Source: Eledone cirrhosa
Lineage: Eukaryota
DNA: 64,000 nucleotides
Assembly: GCA_964016885.1 (NCBI GenBank)
Contig: OZ024753.1
Span: 31,992,001-32,056,000 of the forward strand
Reading direction: 5' to 3'
Program-made: the position numbers and the translations under genes
Part shown: positions 14,201 to 25,105 of the stretch, in pieces
Numbering within the stretch: the first letter of the stretch is position 1
How the letters are laid out: every line of letters starts with the position of its first letter
Notes under the pieces: model-generated
What the model was told of the DNA's origin: nothing
The model's input: the letters and a program-made list of their open reading frames with translations, nothing else
Databases searched by the model: none

Positions 14201-15519
14201 GTATGTCTATGTCAGTGTATGTCAGTGTCAGTGTATGTCTGTGTCAGTGTATGTCTGTCTCAGTGTATGTCTGTGTCAGTGTATGTCAGTGTAAGTGTAT
14301 GTCTGTCTCAGTGTATGTCTGTGTCAGTGTATGTCTGTGTCAGTTTTTATCTGTGTCAGTGTATGTCTGTGTCAGGTAACGTCAGTGTCAGTGTATGTCT
14401 GTGTCAGTGTATGTCTGTGTCTGTGTATGTCTGTGTCAGTGTATGTCAGTGTCAGTGTATGTCAGTGTCAGTGTATGTCTGTGTCATTGTATGTCAGTGT
14501 CAGTGTATGTATGTGTCAGTGTATGTCTGTGGCAGTGTCAGTGTCAGTGTATGTCTGTGTCAGTATATATCAGTGTCAGAGTATGTCTGTGTCTGTGACT
14601 GTCAATGTATGTCTGTGTCAGTGTATGTCTGTGTCAGTGTATGTCAGTATCAGTGTGTGTGTCAGTGTCAGTGTATATCAGTGTCAGTGTATGTCAGTGT
14701 CAGTGTATGTCAGTGTCAGCGTATGTCAGTCTCAGTTTATGTCTGTGTCAGTGTATGTCTATGTCAGTATAAGTCTGTGTCAGCGTATGTCTATGTCAGT
14801 GTATATCTGTGTCAGTGTATGACAGTGTCAGTGTATACCGGTGTCAGTGTATGTCAGTGTCAGTGTATGTCAGTGTCAGTCTATGTCTGTGTCAGTGTAT
14901 GTCTCTGTCAGTGTATGTCAGTGTATGTCAGTGTCAGTGTATGTCAGTGTCAGTGTATGTCTGTGTCAGTGTATGCCAGTGTCAGTGTATGTCTGTGTAA
15001 GTGTATGTCAGTATCAGTGTATATCACGTCAGTACATGTCTCTGTCAGTGTATCTCAGTGTATGTCAGTGTATGTCTGTGTCAGTGTATGTTTGTGTCAG
15101 TGTATGTCTGTGTCAGTGTATGTCAGTGTCACTGTATGTCTGTGTCAGTATATGTCTGTGTCAGTGTATGTCAGTGTCAGTGTATGTCTCTGTCAGTGTA
15201 TGTCAGTGTCAGTGTATGTCTGTCTCAGTGTATCCCAGTGTCAGTGTATGTCTGTGTAAGTGTATGTCAGTGTAAGTGTATGTCAGTGTCACTGTATGTC
15301 AGTGTATGTCAGTGTCAGTGTATGTCTGTGTTAGTGTATGTCAGTGTCAGTGTATGTCTGTGTCAGTGTATGTCAGTGTCAGTGTATGTCTGTGTCAGTG
15401 TATGTCAGTGTCAGTGTATGTGTCAGTGTCAGTGTATGTCAGTATCAGTGTATGTCAGTGTCAGTGTATGTCTGTGTCAGTGTATGTCTGTGTCAGTGTA
15501 TGTCAGTGTCAGTGTATGT
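8264..15519. repeat. Satellite of GTCAGT / GTCTGT / GTAT units (16-bp GTCAGTGTCAGTGTAT and 10-bp variants) with higher-order repeats
   Basis: Directly visible; rare variants and ORF-track entries recur at offsets 2973 (9267/12240, 9867/12840) and 454 (13841/14295, 13941/14395). Confidence 0.97.
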
Positions 15520-15802
15520 GTTGTCCAAGAAACCCAGTCCCAGTCAATACCACAATAAATTAGAACTATCCAGAATATAAAACCACCACAGTCGTAGTAG
15601 TATGTACCAATGCACATCTACCGTTTGGTCGTCATTTCTTATGGCACGGGGCCAGCTAGTCTTGGTATAATATCCTTATCGTCCTCTGGTTCTTTCAGTT
15701 AAAATATTCGAGGGTATTAGTATTATCTATAAATCTATTATAATATTTCTGTATTAATGATTTTTAAACTCACTTATAGAAAAATTATTATGCTTTTCAA
15801 TT

Positions 15803-15820
15803 GTGTGTGGGTGTGTGTGT

Positions 15821-15899
<79 letters not shown>
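15803..15899. repeat. (TG)n microsatellite
   Basis: Directly visible. Confidence 0.95.
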
Positions 15900-15901
<2 letters not shown>

Positions 15902-15913
15902 CGCGCGCGTGTC

Positions 15914-16103
15914 GATTGGCAGTATCAGAGGCGGTTCGGTCGCCATGCTTTGCAGCATAGTGTTACGATCCTTTACGGTCTGTGTTCAAATCCCGCCGAA
16001 GTTAACTTCGCCTTTCATCCTTACGGGGGGGTCGATAAAATTATGTACTAGTAATGCACTGGAGTAATTGCTGGTCTTGTGCCAAAAGTAGAAACAATTA
16101 TTA
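15914..16103 (+). mobile_element. Nin-domain SINE
   Basis: TGGCAGTATC, GTTCAAATCCC, GCCTTTCATCCTTACGGGGGGTCGATAAAATT and tail GCCAAAAGTAGAAACAATTATT. Confidence 0.85.
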
Positions 16104-16510
16104 ATCCTTTCGTCTGAAGACTACCACCCTATGCATACCATAATATGTCGTCCGCCTCGTGGTCGCGGACAACAGGATGAAGTAGACATTCTCCTTGGAG
16201 GACGGCGAGAGACCCAATGGAACAGCGATGGAGCCACCTCACGGGGCTCGCACCTACAAGAAGCCAACTCCAATCCGATATCAATAAGTAGAGATGTGGT
16301 CCGGGGGCCAAGAACGCCGGACTGTTTCTTCCCCCTTGCATGACTTGGATCCTTTGTGTGATCACTCGACCTACTAAATATAGCAGTCCTATTTATTTTT
16401 AAATAGAACAATGCGTCTCAGTCACCCATCCTCCGGGGAAACACCTTCTCTATTCTGTCCGCCGGGACCAAGGGCCAGCCAGCGCTTGGGTTTCCATTTG
16501 CACATAATAG

Positions 16511-16700
16511 TTGTTTCTACTTTTGGCACAAGGCCAGCAATTATCCCCAGTGTATTACTGGTACTTTATTTTATTGACCCTCGTAAGGATGAAAGGCAAA
16601 GTTAACCTCGGCGGGATTTGAACTCAGAATTGCAAGGGCCGTAACTCTATGCGTCAAAGCATGGCGTCCGACCCTCTACCGATACTGCCAATCCACTCGC
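16511..16700 (-). mobile_element. Nin-domain SINE with target-site duplication
   Basis: Full SINE on minus strand flanked by CCATTTGCA(C/T)ATAATAGT on both sides. Confidence 0.88.
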
Positions 16701-17097
16701 CATTTGCATATAATAGTGAGAGATGGAGAAAGCGAGCGTATAAAGTAACTCGATGATCGTACGTTAATGCGACAAAATGGCAGTTTCGTTAAATCATTAG
16801 ATTAAATAAATGCCTTGCTATTTGTTCTGGTTCTCTACGTTCTGTGTTTAAACCTCGCCGAAGTCAACTTCGCTTTTCATCTTTTCATGGTCAATAAAAT
16901 AAAGTACCAGTCAAATACTAGGGTTGGTCCTCTAATCTCCGCTACAAAAGTAAGATATCTCTATATCATAAATCAATCGAAGCCGCCATTGCTATCTCAT
17001 TGCCGAGTTAATATATTCTCCATATCTCTTCATAACCTCCATTTTTATCAACTCTATTTACTTCATCCTTCCATCTTAAATGGTGTCATCTACTGTT

Positions 17098-17160
<63 letters not shown>

Positions 17161-17260
17161 GTAATAATAATAAATGTGAAGACTAAAATCCAAAGAGGGC
17201 TCGATAAGGATAAATATATATCAAATATATAAGGACCCTAGAGCAAATATTTATTAAAAT

Positions 17261-17350
17261 AACAGATTAAAGTTTAAGCAAAGAATCGTTGCTTTCACCC
17301 TTAACGTTAAGGGTGAAAGCAACGATTCTTTGCTTAAACTTTTATCTGTT
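17261..17350. repeat. 90-bp near-perfect palindrome with no spacer
   Basis: Symmetric about TTAAC|GTTAA at 17305/17306; related sequence at 32660-32795. Confidence 0.92.
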
Positions 17351-17438
17351 CTTTTAATTTTTTTAAATATATATATATATAGTGCAAATTTATACGGGAA
17401 CAGAACAGAGAGGCAGACAAATAAAGGTTTATTAGGTT

Positions 17439-17505
<67 letters not shown>

Positions 17506-17506
<1 letters not shown>

Positions 17507-18477
17507 TAGCTGTACTAGACACAGAGCTCTGGTTAGATACCATTAATAACAAAAAACAAATCCTCCATTCCCATTATGCCAAACCCATGACTTCCAAACA
17601 TCTGATCCACCGAAACTCGGCCGTTTCGGACCATACCAAAATCAACATACTGATTGCGGATTTGGTACGGGTGATGAGAAACGTATCCCGCATGTGCAAC
17701 CCCGAAGAACTAGAGAGACATATACAACACTTCATCCACCGTATGCAGTTCTCTGGCTACAATCAGAGAGATAAAATCAGAGTGTATAGAGGAGCCAGAA
17801 CCAAATGGGAAAAAATGGTAAATAATGACATAAATGGGACCTGCCCCTTGTATAGGAGCAAATTTTGGAATAGAATAGAAAGAACTAGGAACAAGGCTAA
17901 TAGAATAAACTTATGGTATGATAGCAATAAATACCAGAGTGTAATGTTCATCGATACAACCCCTAGAGGTGAATTAGCTTACAAATTTAGAAGGGCCCTA
18001 AATAAACATAAACTCAATATTAAGATAGTAGAAAGACCAGGTACCTCCGTAAAAACACTTATTAGCAAGACATACCCTTTTCAAAGACCCTCATGTATAG
18101 ATAAGAAATGTATAACCTGTAAAATAAACCCCCATATTAACTGTAAAACTAGAAATGTAGTGTATAGCATAAGATGTACTGAAGGACAATGTAGAGACAA
18201 AAATATAGTGTACATAGGTGAGACAGCTCGTAGTGTAGGGGAATGGATAAATGAACACTGGCGAGACCTTCAAGATAGTAAAGAATCATCTGTACTCTAC
18301 CAACATGCTAAAATAGAACACAAGGGTAAATTAGAGAACATAGAAATAAAAATAGAATCTACACACAGAAAAGACGCAATGTTTAGACAAATTACAGAGG
18401 CAATAAACATAAAAGAATTACAACCAAAATTAAATAGAAAATATGAGTGGAACAGCAACATCACAACTTACAATTAA
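17506..18477 (+). mobile_element. Second Penelope-like element, 5'-truncated (RT thumb/linker + GIY-YIG)
   Basis: Starts right after (TA)n at LAVLDTELW; collinear with 4498-5703 (NILIADLVRVM, MQFSGYNQRD, CKTRNVVYSIRCTEG, YIGETARS, LNRK.EW). Confidence 0.93.
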
Positions 18478-18678
18478 GGACAAAATGAAAACACACACAC
18501 ACATAGAACAAACAACCAACCAGTAACATGTAAATAAACAAATAAATAAATGAACATAAACACACACAGACACCCGGATGTGGCGCATGCGCAGACTGAG
18601 CACACAACACACACACAGAAACAAAATAGCGTAGGACAGAACAAAGGAGAGGCACAGAAACAAAGAAAGGAATCCCCA

Positions 18679-18721
18679 GTCACTGAAGAGGTCACAGAGT
18701 GTGTGACGAAAGAACTATGAC
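18679..18721 (+). ncRNA. Type I minimal hammerhead ribozyme motif in PLE pseudo-LTR
   Basis: GTCA-CTGAAGA-G-GTCACA(gagtg)TGTGAC-GAAA-GAAC-TA-TGAC: core, stem I and stem II all intact. Confidence 0.88.
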
Positions 18722-18870
18722 AATATATAAACAACTATCTGGTTGTGGAACCAACCAACCAACCAGAAATTTATAAATTTATAAATTTATTATAAATTTA
18801 TTATAATAAATTGAAGTGAAAGCAACTGGTGCGTGTGTTTCTTATTGGCAACATGACCCTCCCAAAGTAT

Positions 18871-19000
<130 letters not shown>

Positions 19001-19263
19001 GTTTCTTTTATTTGCCACCAGGGCATCAAAAGTGGGACAAGTACAATGGGGGGAGTTTACAAAACAAGGCGTCCTCAATAAGGAGGAGGCAATAACAATA
19101 TATAAAAATAAAATAAAATATAACAAAAATAAAATTTATAACAAAGTCCTCAATAGAGAGGAGGCGCCTTGGGGGGTCGCACACCCCCCCGAAAAAAGTG
19201 TGCAACCCTTTCCCCTCAGGAGCACAGAGAAGGGGTGCTCCCTTGGTCTTTCATCTTCCTCAC

Positions 19264-22200
19264 CTATAGTCTGATGTAGAGTGAAGGCCCATTCACACGG
19301 GCCATTCTCGCCACTTTCACCCATCTTTCATAGAAACGGCTGGGGTGCAGCACCTCTCTCTCCATCCTGATCCTTCTTCCGAAATGATATCGGAAGAAAC
19401 GGACCAGTTGTTGGCCAGAGAGAAAGGTGTCTGACCTCAGTCCTTTCAGACGCGTCCACCATACAACCTCTTTCGCCATGGCTATTACGCACTGAAACAC
19501 CGCCTCTCCTTCGTTTTTGAAGAGGGGAGGCGGCTTGATCGTTACAATAGACTCGGTGGTCAACCGGATCGGTCCCACCCTTGACAGCAGTTGTTCGACA
19601 TAGCCCCACAGATCGGCAATGCCCGAGCAGTGTACCAATGCGTGTGCAACGGTTTCCTCGTCGCACACGCATCTGGGACAGATCTTTTTCGATGGGTCCC
19701 TACCCGGGTGCCCGTGTCTGTAGAGCCTTTCTCGAATGGGCAGAGCCCTTCTGTAGCATTGCCAGGCCAGGGACCTCTGGAAGTTATCCATGGGTCCCGG
19801 GCTGAATGTCCTACCGAACAGGTTGGCCAGTTCGTCTTCCTCCATGCCTAGGGCTTCTCCGAGGGTGTCGTCGCACCTGCTAACCACCAGCCCTCTATAG
19901 AATGACGAGGTGGATTCTCCACTGACAGCCGGGTCCGCCTGCCAGAGAGCCGTGAGCGCCTGGGCACACTCGGTGTGCCAGGCGCCCAGTTTTCTCGGTC
20001 TTTGCTTGACCCAGGATTGCAGCTCGGTGAGTGAGACGAGTCTGGGAAAGGCTCGCCTCACAAACGGGGCCCACACCGGTTGACCGGAGAGGAATACCTG
20101 AAGGTGCCGTAGCCTTAATGCGTGTTTACGTATCATTAGCCACGGCATCCCCAGCCCTCCTTTCGAAGGGTGTTGACAGCAGATGGATCTCCTCACCATA
20201 GGAGCCCGCTTCTTCTAAAGGAATTGGAAGAGTGCGCGCTCCATTTTGGCGAGCGTTTCCCTTGGGCAAGGCACGACGGTCAGGCGGTAGTAGATGACGG
20301 ACGCTATATAAGTGTTCGCCACCTCCGCCCGACCTTTCAGGGACAGTTTGCACTCGGCCCACTTCTGGGTCAGTGCAAACACCCTGTTCGTCACCTCACC
20401 CCAGTTCTTCTCCACCTGGAGGTCTGGTCCGAACCAGACCCCGAGCAACTTCACCGGGCCCTCCGTCCAGCGCCCGACGACGCCATCGGAGGGCATCGAT
20501 TTGCCCCTCCACGTGCCGAGTTGCAGACCGATCGACTTGTCCCGGTTCAGCTTAGCCCCTGTAAACCTTTCGTACTCCTCCAGTAAGGTGCCGATCGCCC
20601 CGATTTCCGAGGCCGTCGACACCATTACTGTTACGTCATCGGCGTAGGCTGACACCGCTTTCCGCAATCCCGGTTCCAACGGGATGCCCTGCAACAACTC
20701 CAATTTCCGCAGCAGTGGCTCTAGAGTCATTACATACAGAAGGGAGGAGAGAGGGCACCCCTGTCGGATGGACCGCGCGATTTCGAACGGCTCCGAGAGG
20801 TAGCCGTTCACCTTGACCCTAGAGCAGATGCGGCTGCTGTGCATGGCATTGATCCAGCCCCTCAAAACGGTTCCGAAGCCTGCCGCCGCTAGCACCGCAT
20901 CCAGGTAACCATGGTCGACCCTATCGAATGCCTTAGATTGATCTAAGTTGATCAGGGCCCCACCAAAGCCGGGTTCGTTCCCAACCCTCTCTATGATGTA
21001 TCGCATGAGGTGGATTTTATCGTGGATGGACCTGGACGGGATAGCACATGTCTGCGCATCTCCCACCAGGTTGCCCACGACAAGCGTCAACCTCTTTGCT
21101 AGCACCTTGGCCAAAATCTGTAACTCTGTATTTAGCAGAGTTATGGGCCTGAAATTATTTATATCGTCCCCCTTGTTCTCGTCCTTCCTCACTAGCGTGA
21201 CTACGCCCTTGGTCACAGCACAGGGAATTCTCCCGTTCTGTTGCCAGTTGCAGTAGACCGCCTCGAGGAGATCGGGGAACAAGTCCGGCATAGCTAGATA
21301 TAGTTCGTATGGAAGACCATCGAGACCCGGGGATTTGCGTTTGCCGCATTGGCTCAGCACGTCCTCTATCTCAGCGGCTGAAATCGGCTCCTCGCAGGAC
21401 TTCGCCTCCCTGTCCGAGAGACGCGGCAGGCCGTCGAGGTATGGACCGAAGTCCACGTCCCCAACCGGCCCCCCGTCCCTTCCGAACAATCCGGCAAAGT
21501 GCTTTTGAAAAGCCTCGCACATCTGCTTAGGTTCAAAGATCACCCGTCCATCCTGGTCTCGCAAAGACCGGATAATGGATCTGCTCCATCTTTTGGCTTC
21601 TGTCACGCGGGCCCAGCTAACAGCTTTGGTCCCCTCGTTTCCCAGAGCACGTATTTTGCTTCGGACGATGCAGCCTTCGTGTTTCGCGTCGAAGAACTGG
21701 CCCAGGGCCGTTCTCGACGCTAGCACTCTGGCCACGTCGCCGCTTCTAATTGCCTCTTCTACACTATCTACCAACTCCCTTTCCTTCCTGTTTCTATTGG
21801 AGGCTAACTCCTTACTAAATTCTATAGAGACTACTCTAATCTCTCTTTTGAGAGATCCCCACCACCTGCTGTTGACGATTGCGCCCGTCAACCGCTCCCT
21901 AACTAAGGTGCTAATCCGGTCCCTGTAAGCCTTACTTGCCGGTAAGGACAAGTTGAGCTTCCAGTAACCGGGTCCCTGTCTATGAGTTCTGTCAAGGTTG
22001 ATCATGCAGGTCACTAACTTGTGGTCTGAATAGCCAACCATGCGCATTTTTGGACAACTTAAAAAGTTCTTATCCTTAATTCTAACTAAGAACCTATCTA
22101 GGTACGACCTAGATGATCCGCTACGATTTGCCCAAGTCCAGATTGGCGCAGTCGGAAAATCTAGTCGATATCTATCGGCCAGGTCAAATCGACCGATTAA

Positions 22201-22701
22201 CCCTTTGAGGCTATTACACCCCTCTCTATCGGGACAGGCCCCTACGTAGTCCCAGCGTGCATCTAGGATACCATTCCAGTCCCCCACTAATAGCAAGGAG
22301 CGGGACGTCCCTAGAAAAGTCTTCAGACGATGGAAGAAGTCCGGCCGCATTGACCCGAAAGGGCCGTAGGCGGCTACCAACCTAAACGCTCCGCCTTTAC
22401 CACTGCCAAGGTCCAGAACCACTAGTCGACCCTCCGGGTCCAAATGTACCATCTGTGTTGCGAGACCCAGATGTTTTTGCAGCAGAACGACAACTCCACC
22501 CCCACCTCCGGGCTGACAGAGAGATGCGTGCATCTCAAAGTCATCAAAGGTGGGGGCCAGCTGTCGCACGTTGCTGATCCGGGCCTCGCAAATAACCATC
22601 ACATCTATACGTTGTGACCTGAGGTCATTTAGAAGCATTGCTTGCTTCCAAGTTGAGCCCAGGCCACACGCATTTAAACAGCCTACTCTTAGCATAGCCA
22701 T
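19264..22701 (-). pseudogene. Tx1 ORF2 (APE endonuclease-RT-zinc knuckle) with one nonsense codon at 20215-20217
   Basis: VGDWN, YLDRF, SDH; FRPITLLN, DQSKAFDRV, QGCPLS, YADD; CPRC..ETVAHALVHC. TAG replaces the TGG (FLWK) of copy B. Confidence 0.93.
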
Positions 22702-22725
22702 GTTGGTGGTGAAGAGAAAAGGCAC

Positions 22726-24513
22726 TTACCTCTCTGCGTCCCGGGTATCGGGCTGCACAATTTCCATTAGGGTGGGGGATGGGTTGTTGGGTGGGGTGGT
22801 GGTTTGTGGAAGTGTAGGGGCATCAGTGTGTTGTGTGGTTGGGGAGCTTTGAGTTGTGTGGGTGTTTGGGGAGGGGGTGGGATAGTTTTTTAGGAGGACG
22901 CGGTTAATGGGCCCGGCGCAGGGGGGACCCACGTCCTCTTTAAAATTGTTTTTTAAAGTTTTATAGGTGTCCTGTGGGGCCTTAATCATTTTGAGGTGGG
23001 GGAAATCCCCTGCCTGGGTGAAGTTAGGCCCTTGTGTTTTTATTAGATTGTTGTTGTACACAATGTTTAACAGTTTTTTGTTTCTTGTATTTATGTATGT
23101 GTATGCATGTTTTTGTTTTTGTGTGGTTTTTTTTGTTTGCTGTTGTTGTGAGCTCTTTTGTGTTGGTGTCAGTGTTATGTTTTGGGGAGGGGTTGTTTTC
23201 ATTTGTGTGTCTGAGGTGTGTTTTCTTTTTTTTCTTTTGATTGTGTGGAAGTGCTCCTCCTCGTCTGACGACGAACTAGGGTCATCTTCCGCGTTGGAGG
23301 GGAGGGGTATATTTTCGGGTTGTGTTTGCGGTACGGGTGTTTTGGAAATTGTTTTTGTTTTTTGAGTGGAGGGGATGGGTTGGACATTGTTTTGTTTTGG
23401 TTTGAGCTGTGGTGGTTGTTTTTGTAGTGGTAGTTGTGGTGATTGTGTTGGTTGTGCAGTTGTTGGTGGTGTAGGCAGGATTGGGGCTTTCTTATTAAGT
23501 TGGGGACAGACAGCCCTCAGGTGACCTCTGGTTCCGCAGAGGTAACACGAGGGCCGTCTACCCTCAACGGTAATGTTGATGAAGGTTAGATCATCCAGTA
23601 TGACGCGTTCAGGGATCTGGGCGATCCTTTCGGGCCTCATTTGAACTACAAGTTCGAGGCTCGTTCCACTGAACGCGTCACCCGATGCCTTTCCCATGGA
23701 CACCAGCATGTCATCCTCCAGGTCCAGAAAACCTGTCAAAACCCACCATATGTCCATAATCGGCAGGATGGTGTGGATTTTTATTTTTTGTGTTCTTCTA
23801 CCCATGTACGTAGGGTAGAATGTGTATGCGGTGGGTGTGATTGGTTTGATGGACAGTTTCACTGCTGTGTCCCTGTCCTTCATGAGAATGGATAGACTCC
23901 CGTAGAGTCTATCCTTCTGAATGAAGATGATGTCCTTCATGACGTCTTTTAAAACCAGCTCTATCTCACTCTGTGATGGTTGAGCTGGTTTTTTACTTTT
24001 GTTCGAGATTGTCCTAAACATGACCGTGTTTAGGAGTCTCTGGCTTTTTAGTTCCGGTGGGGAATGGATTGTGAATGAACCATTTTCTCCGTACACTATA
24101 TATTTTTTCGCATCCGCCAGTAGCTCCTTCGCTTTTGTTATATCTACTGGCAGATAGTCGAGGGTTTTCCTTGTCGTCTCGGCGAAGGAGAAATTTTGTT
24201 TGTTTGTGTTGTTGTTGTCGTTGGTGGTGTTGTTGTTATCATTGTTGTTGTTGTCACCGTTATTGGTCTTGTTGTTGTTGTTATTGTTATTGGTGTTGTT
24301 TTCGTCCGTCGCATTGTTGTTGTTGTTGCTGTTGCTGCTGGTTCTTTGGGTTGTTGCCATGGCAACGTCAAGTTGTCGGTTAACAGGTGGAGAGAATTCT
24401 TCCTCTGGCTGACCTTTCTTCTTGACCTCTGCTACTGTGACAGTGGCAGGGGGAAGCTGTAAGTTTATCTTCCCCTTTCCTCCTTCGAATTTTGGTGAAG
24501 AAGCTTCGGCCAT
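22726..24513 (-). CDS. Tx1 ORF1 (gag-like nucleic-acid-binding protein), copy A
   Basis: 595 aa; CCHC knuckle CYLCGTRGHLRAVC, poly-Asn tract, P/Q/T-rich region, basic KRKKRK. Confidence 0.9.
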   Translation of the reverse strand: MAEASSPKFEGGKGKINLQLPPATVTVAEVKKKGQPEEEFSPPVNRQLDVAMATTQRTSSNSNNNNNATDENNTNNNNNNNKTNNGDNNNNDNNNTTNDNNNTNKQNFSFAETTRKTLDYLPVDITKAKELLADAKKYIVYGENGSFTIHSPPELKSQRLLNTVMFRTISNKSKKPAQPSQSEIELVLKDVMKDIIFIQKDRLYGSLSILMKDRDTAVKLSIKPITPTAYTFYPTYMGRRTQKIKIHTILPIMDIWWVLTGFLDLEDDMLVSMGKASGDAFSGTSLELVVQMRPERIAQIPERVILDDLTFINITVEGRRPSCYLCGTRGHLRAVCPQLNKKAPILPTPPTTAQPTQSPQLPLQKQPPQLKPKQNNVQPIPSTQKTKTISKTPVPQTQPENIPLPSNAEDDPSSSSDEEEHFHTIKRKKRKHTSDTQMKTTPPQNITLTPTQKSSQQQQTKKTTQKQKHAYTYINTRNKKLLNIVYNNNLIKTQGPNFTQAGDFPHLKMIKAPQDTYKTLKNNFKEDVGPPCAGPINRVLLKNYPTPSPNTHTTQSSPTTQHTDAPTLPQTTTPPNNPSPTLMEIVQPDTRDAER

Positions 24514-24732
24514 TTAAAAAAAATATTGACTTTTCAACAAGAAAAAACTTTTTTTTTGTTTAACTATTTCGCCTAAAGGCGTAGAATATTTTGAGAGACT
24601 GACCAGATCAAAGTTTGACCTGGCAGTCCCTCTACAAAATGGTACAAAAATTAAGGTTATCAGACAAGAATTTCTATAGAAATTTAAACAGAACTTACTC
24701 AGCAAGTTATACGCGTGTGTCCATCCCAGAGA

Positions 24733-24763
24733 TAATAGATAGATAGATAGATAGATAGATAGT

Positions 24764-24841
<78 letters not shown>
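24733..24841. repeat. (GATA)n spacer between Tx1 copies A and B
   Basis: About 27 units, directly visible. Confidence 0.97.
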
Positions 24842-24842
<1 letters not shown>

Positions 24843-25105
24843 GTTTCTTTTATTTGCCACTAGGGCATCAAAAGTGGGACAAGTACAAAGGGGGGAGTTT
24901 ACACAAAAAGGCGTCCTCAATAAGGAGGAGGCAATAACAAAATATAAAAATAAAATAAGATATAACAAAAAATAAAATTTTTAACAAAATCCTCAATAGA
25001 GAGGAGGCGCCTTGGGGGGTCGCACACACCCCCGAAAAAAGTGTGCAACCCTTTTCCTCAGGAGCACAGAGAGGGGGTGCTCCCTCGTTCCTTCCTCTTT
25101 TCCAC

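Larger units (their letters stand above)
19001..24728 (-). mobile_element. Full-length Tx1/L1-clade non-LTR retrotransposon, copy A
   Basis: ORF1 + ORF2; 5' end GATGGACAC shared with copy B; 3' end AATAAAAGAAAC runs into (TATC)n. Confidence 0.93.

Noticed and set aside
8265-15580. Long Cys/Val/Ser ORFs and CRISPR-like periodicity
   Set aside because: Translations of a satellite lacking stop codons; no unique spacers and no cas genes
16121-16490. GC-richer segment with short ORFs
   Set aside because: Probably a repeat fragment, but no recognisable protein or RNA motif
24514-24705. uORF abutting the ORF1 start (TAA ATG) in copy A
   Set aside because: Non-ATG start and not maintained in copy B; similarity is explained by the conserved hairpin
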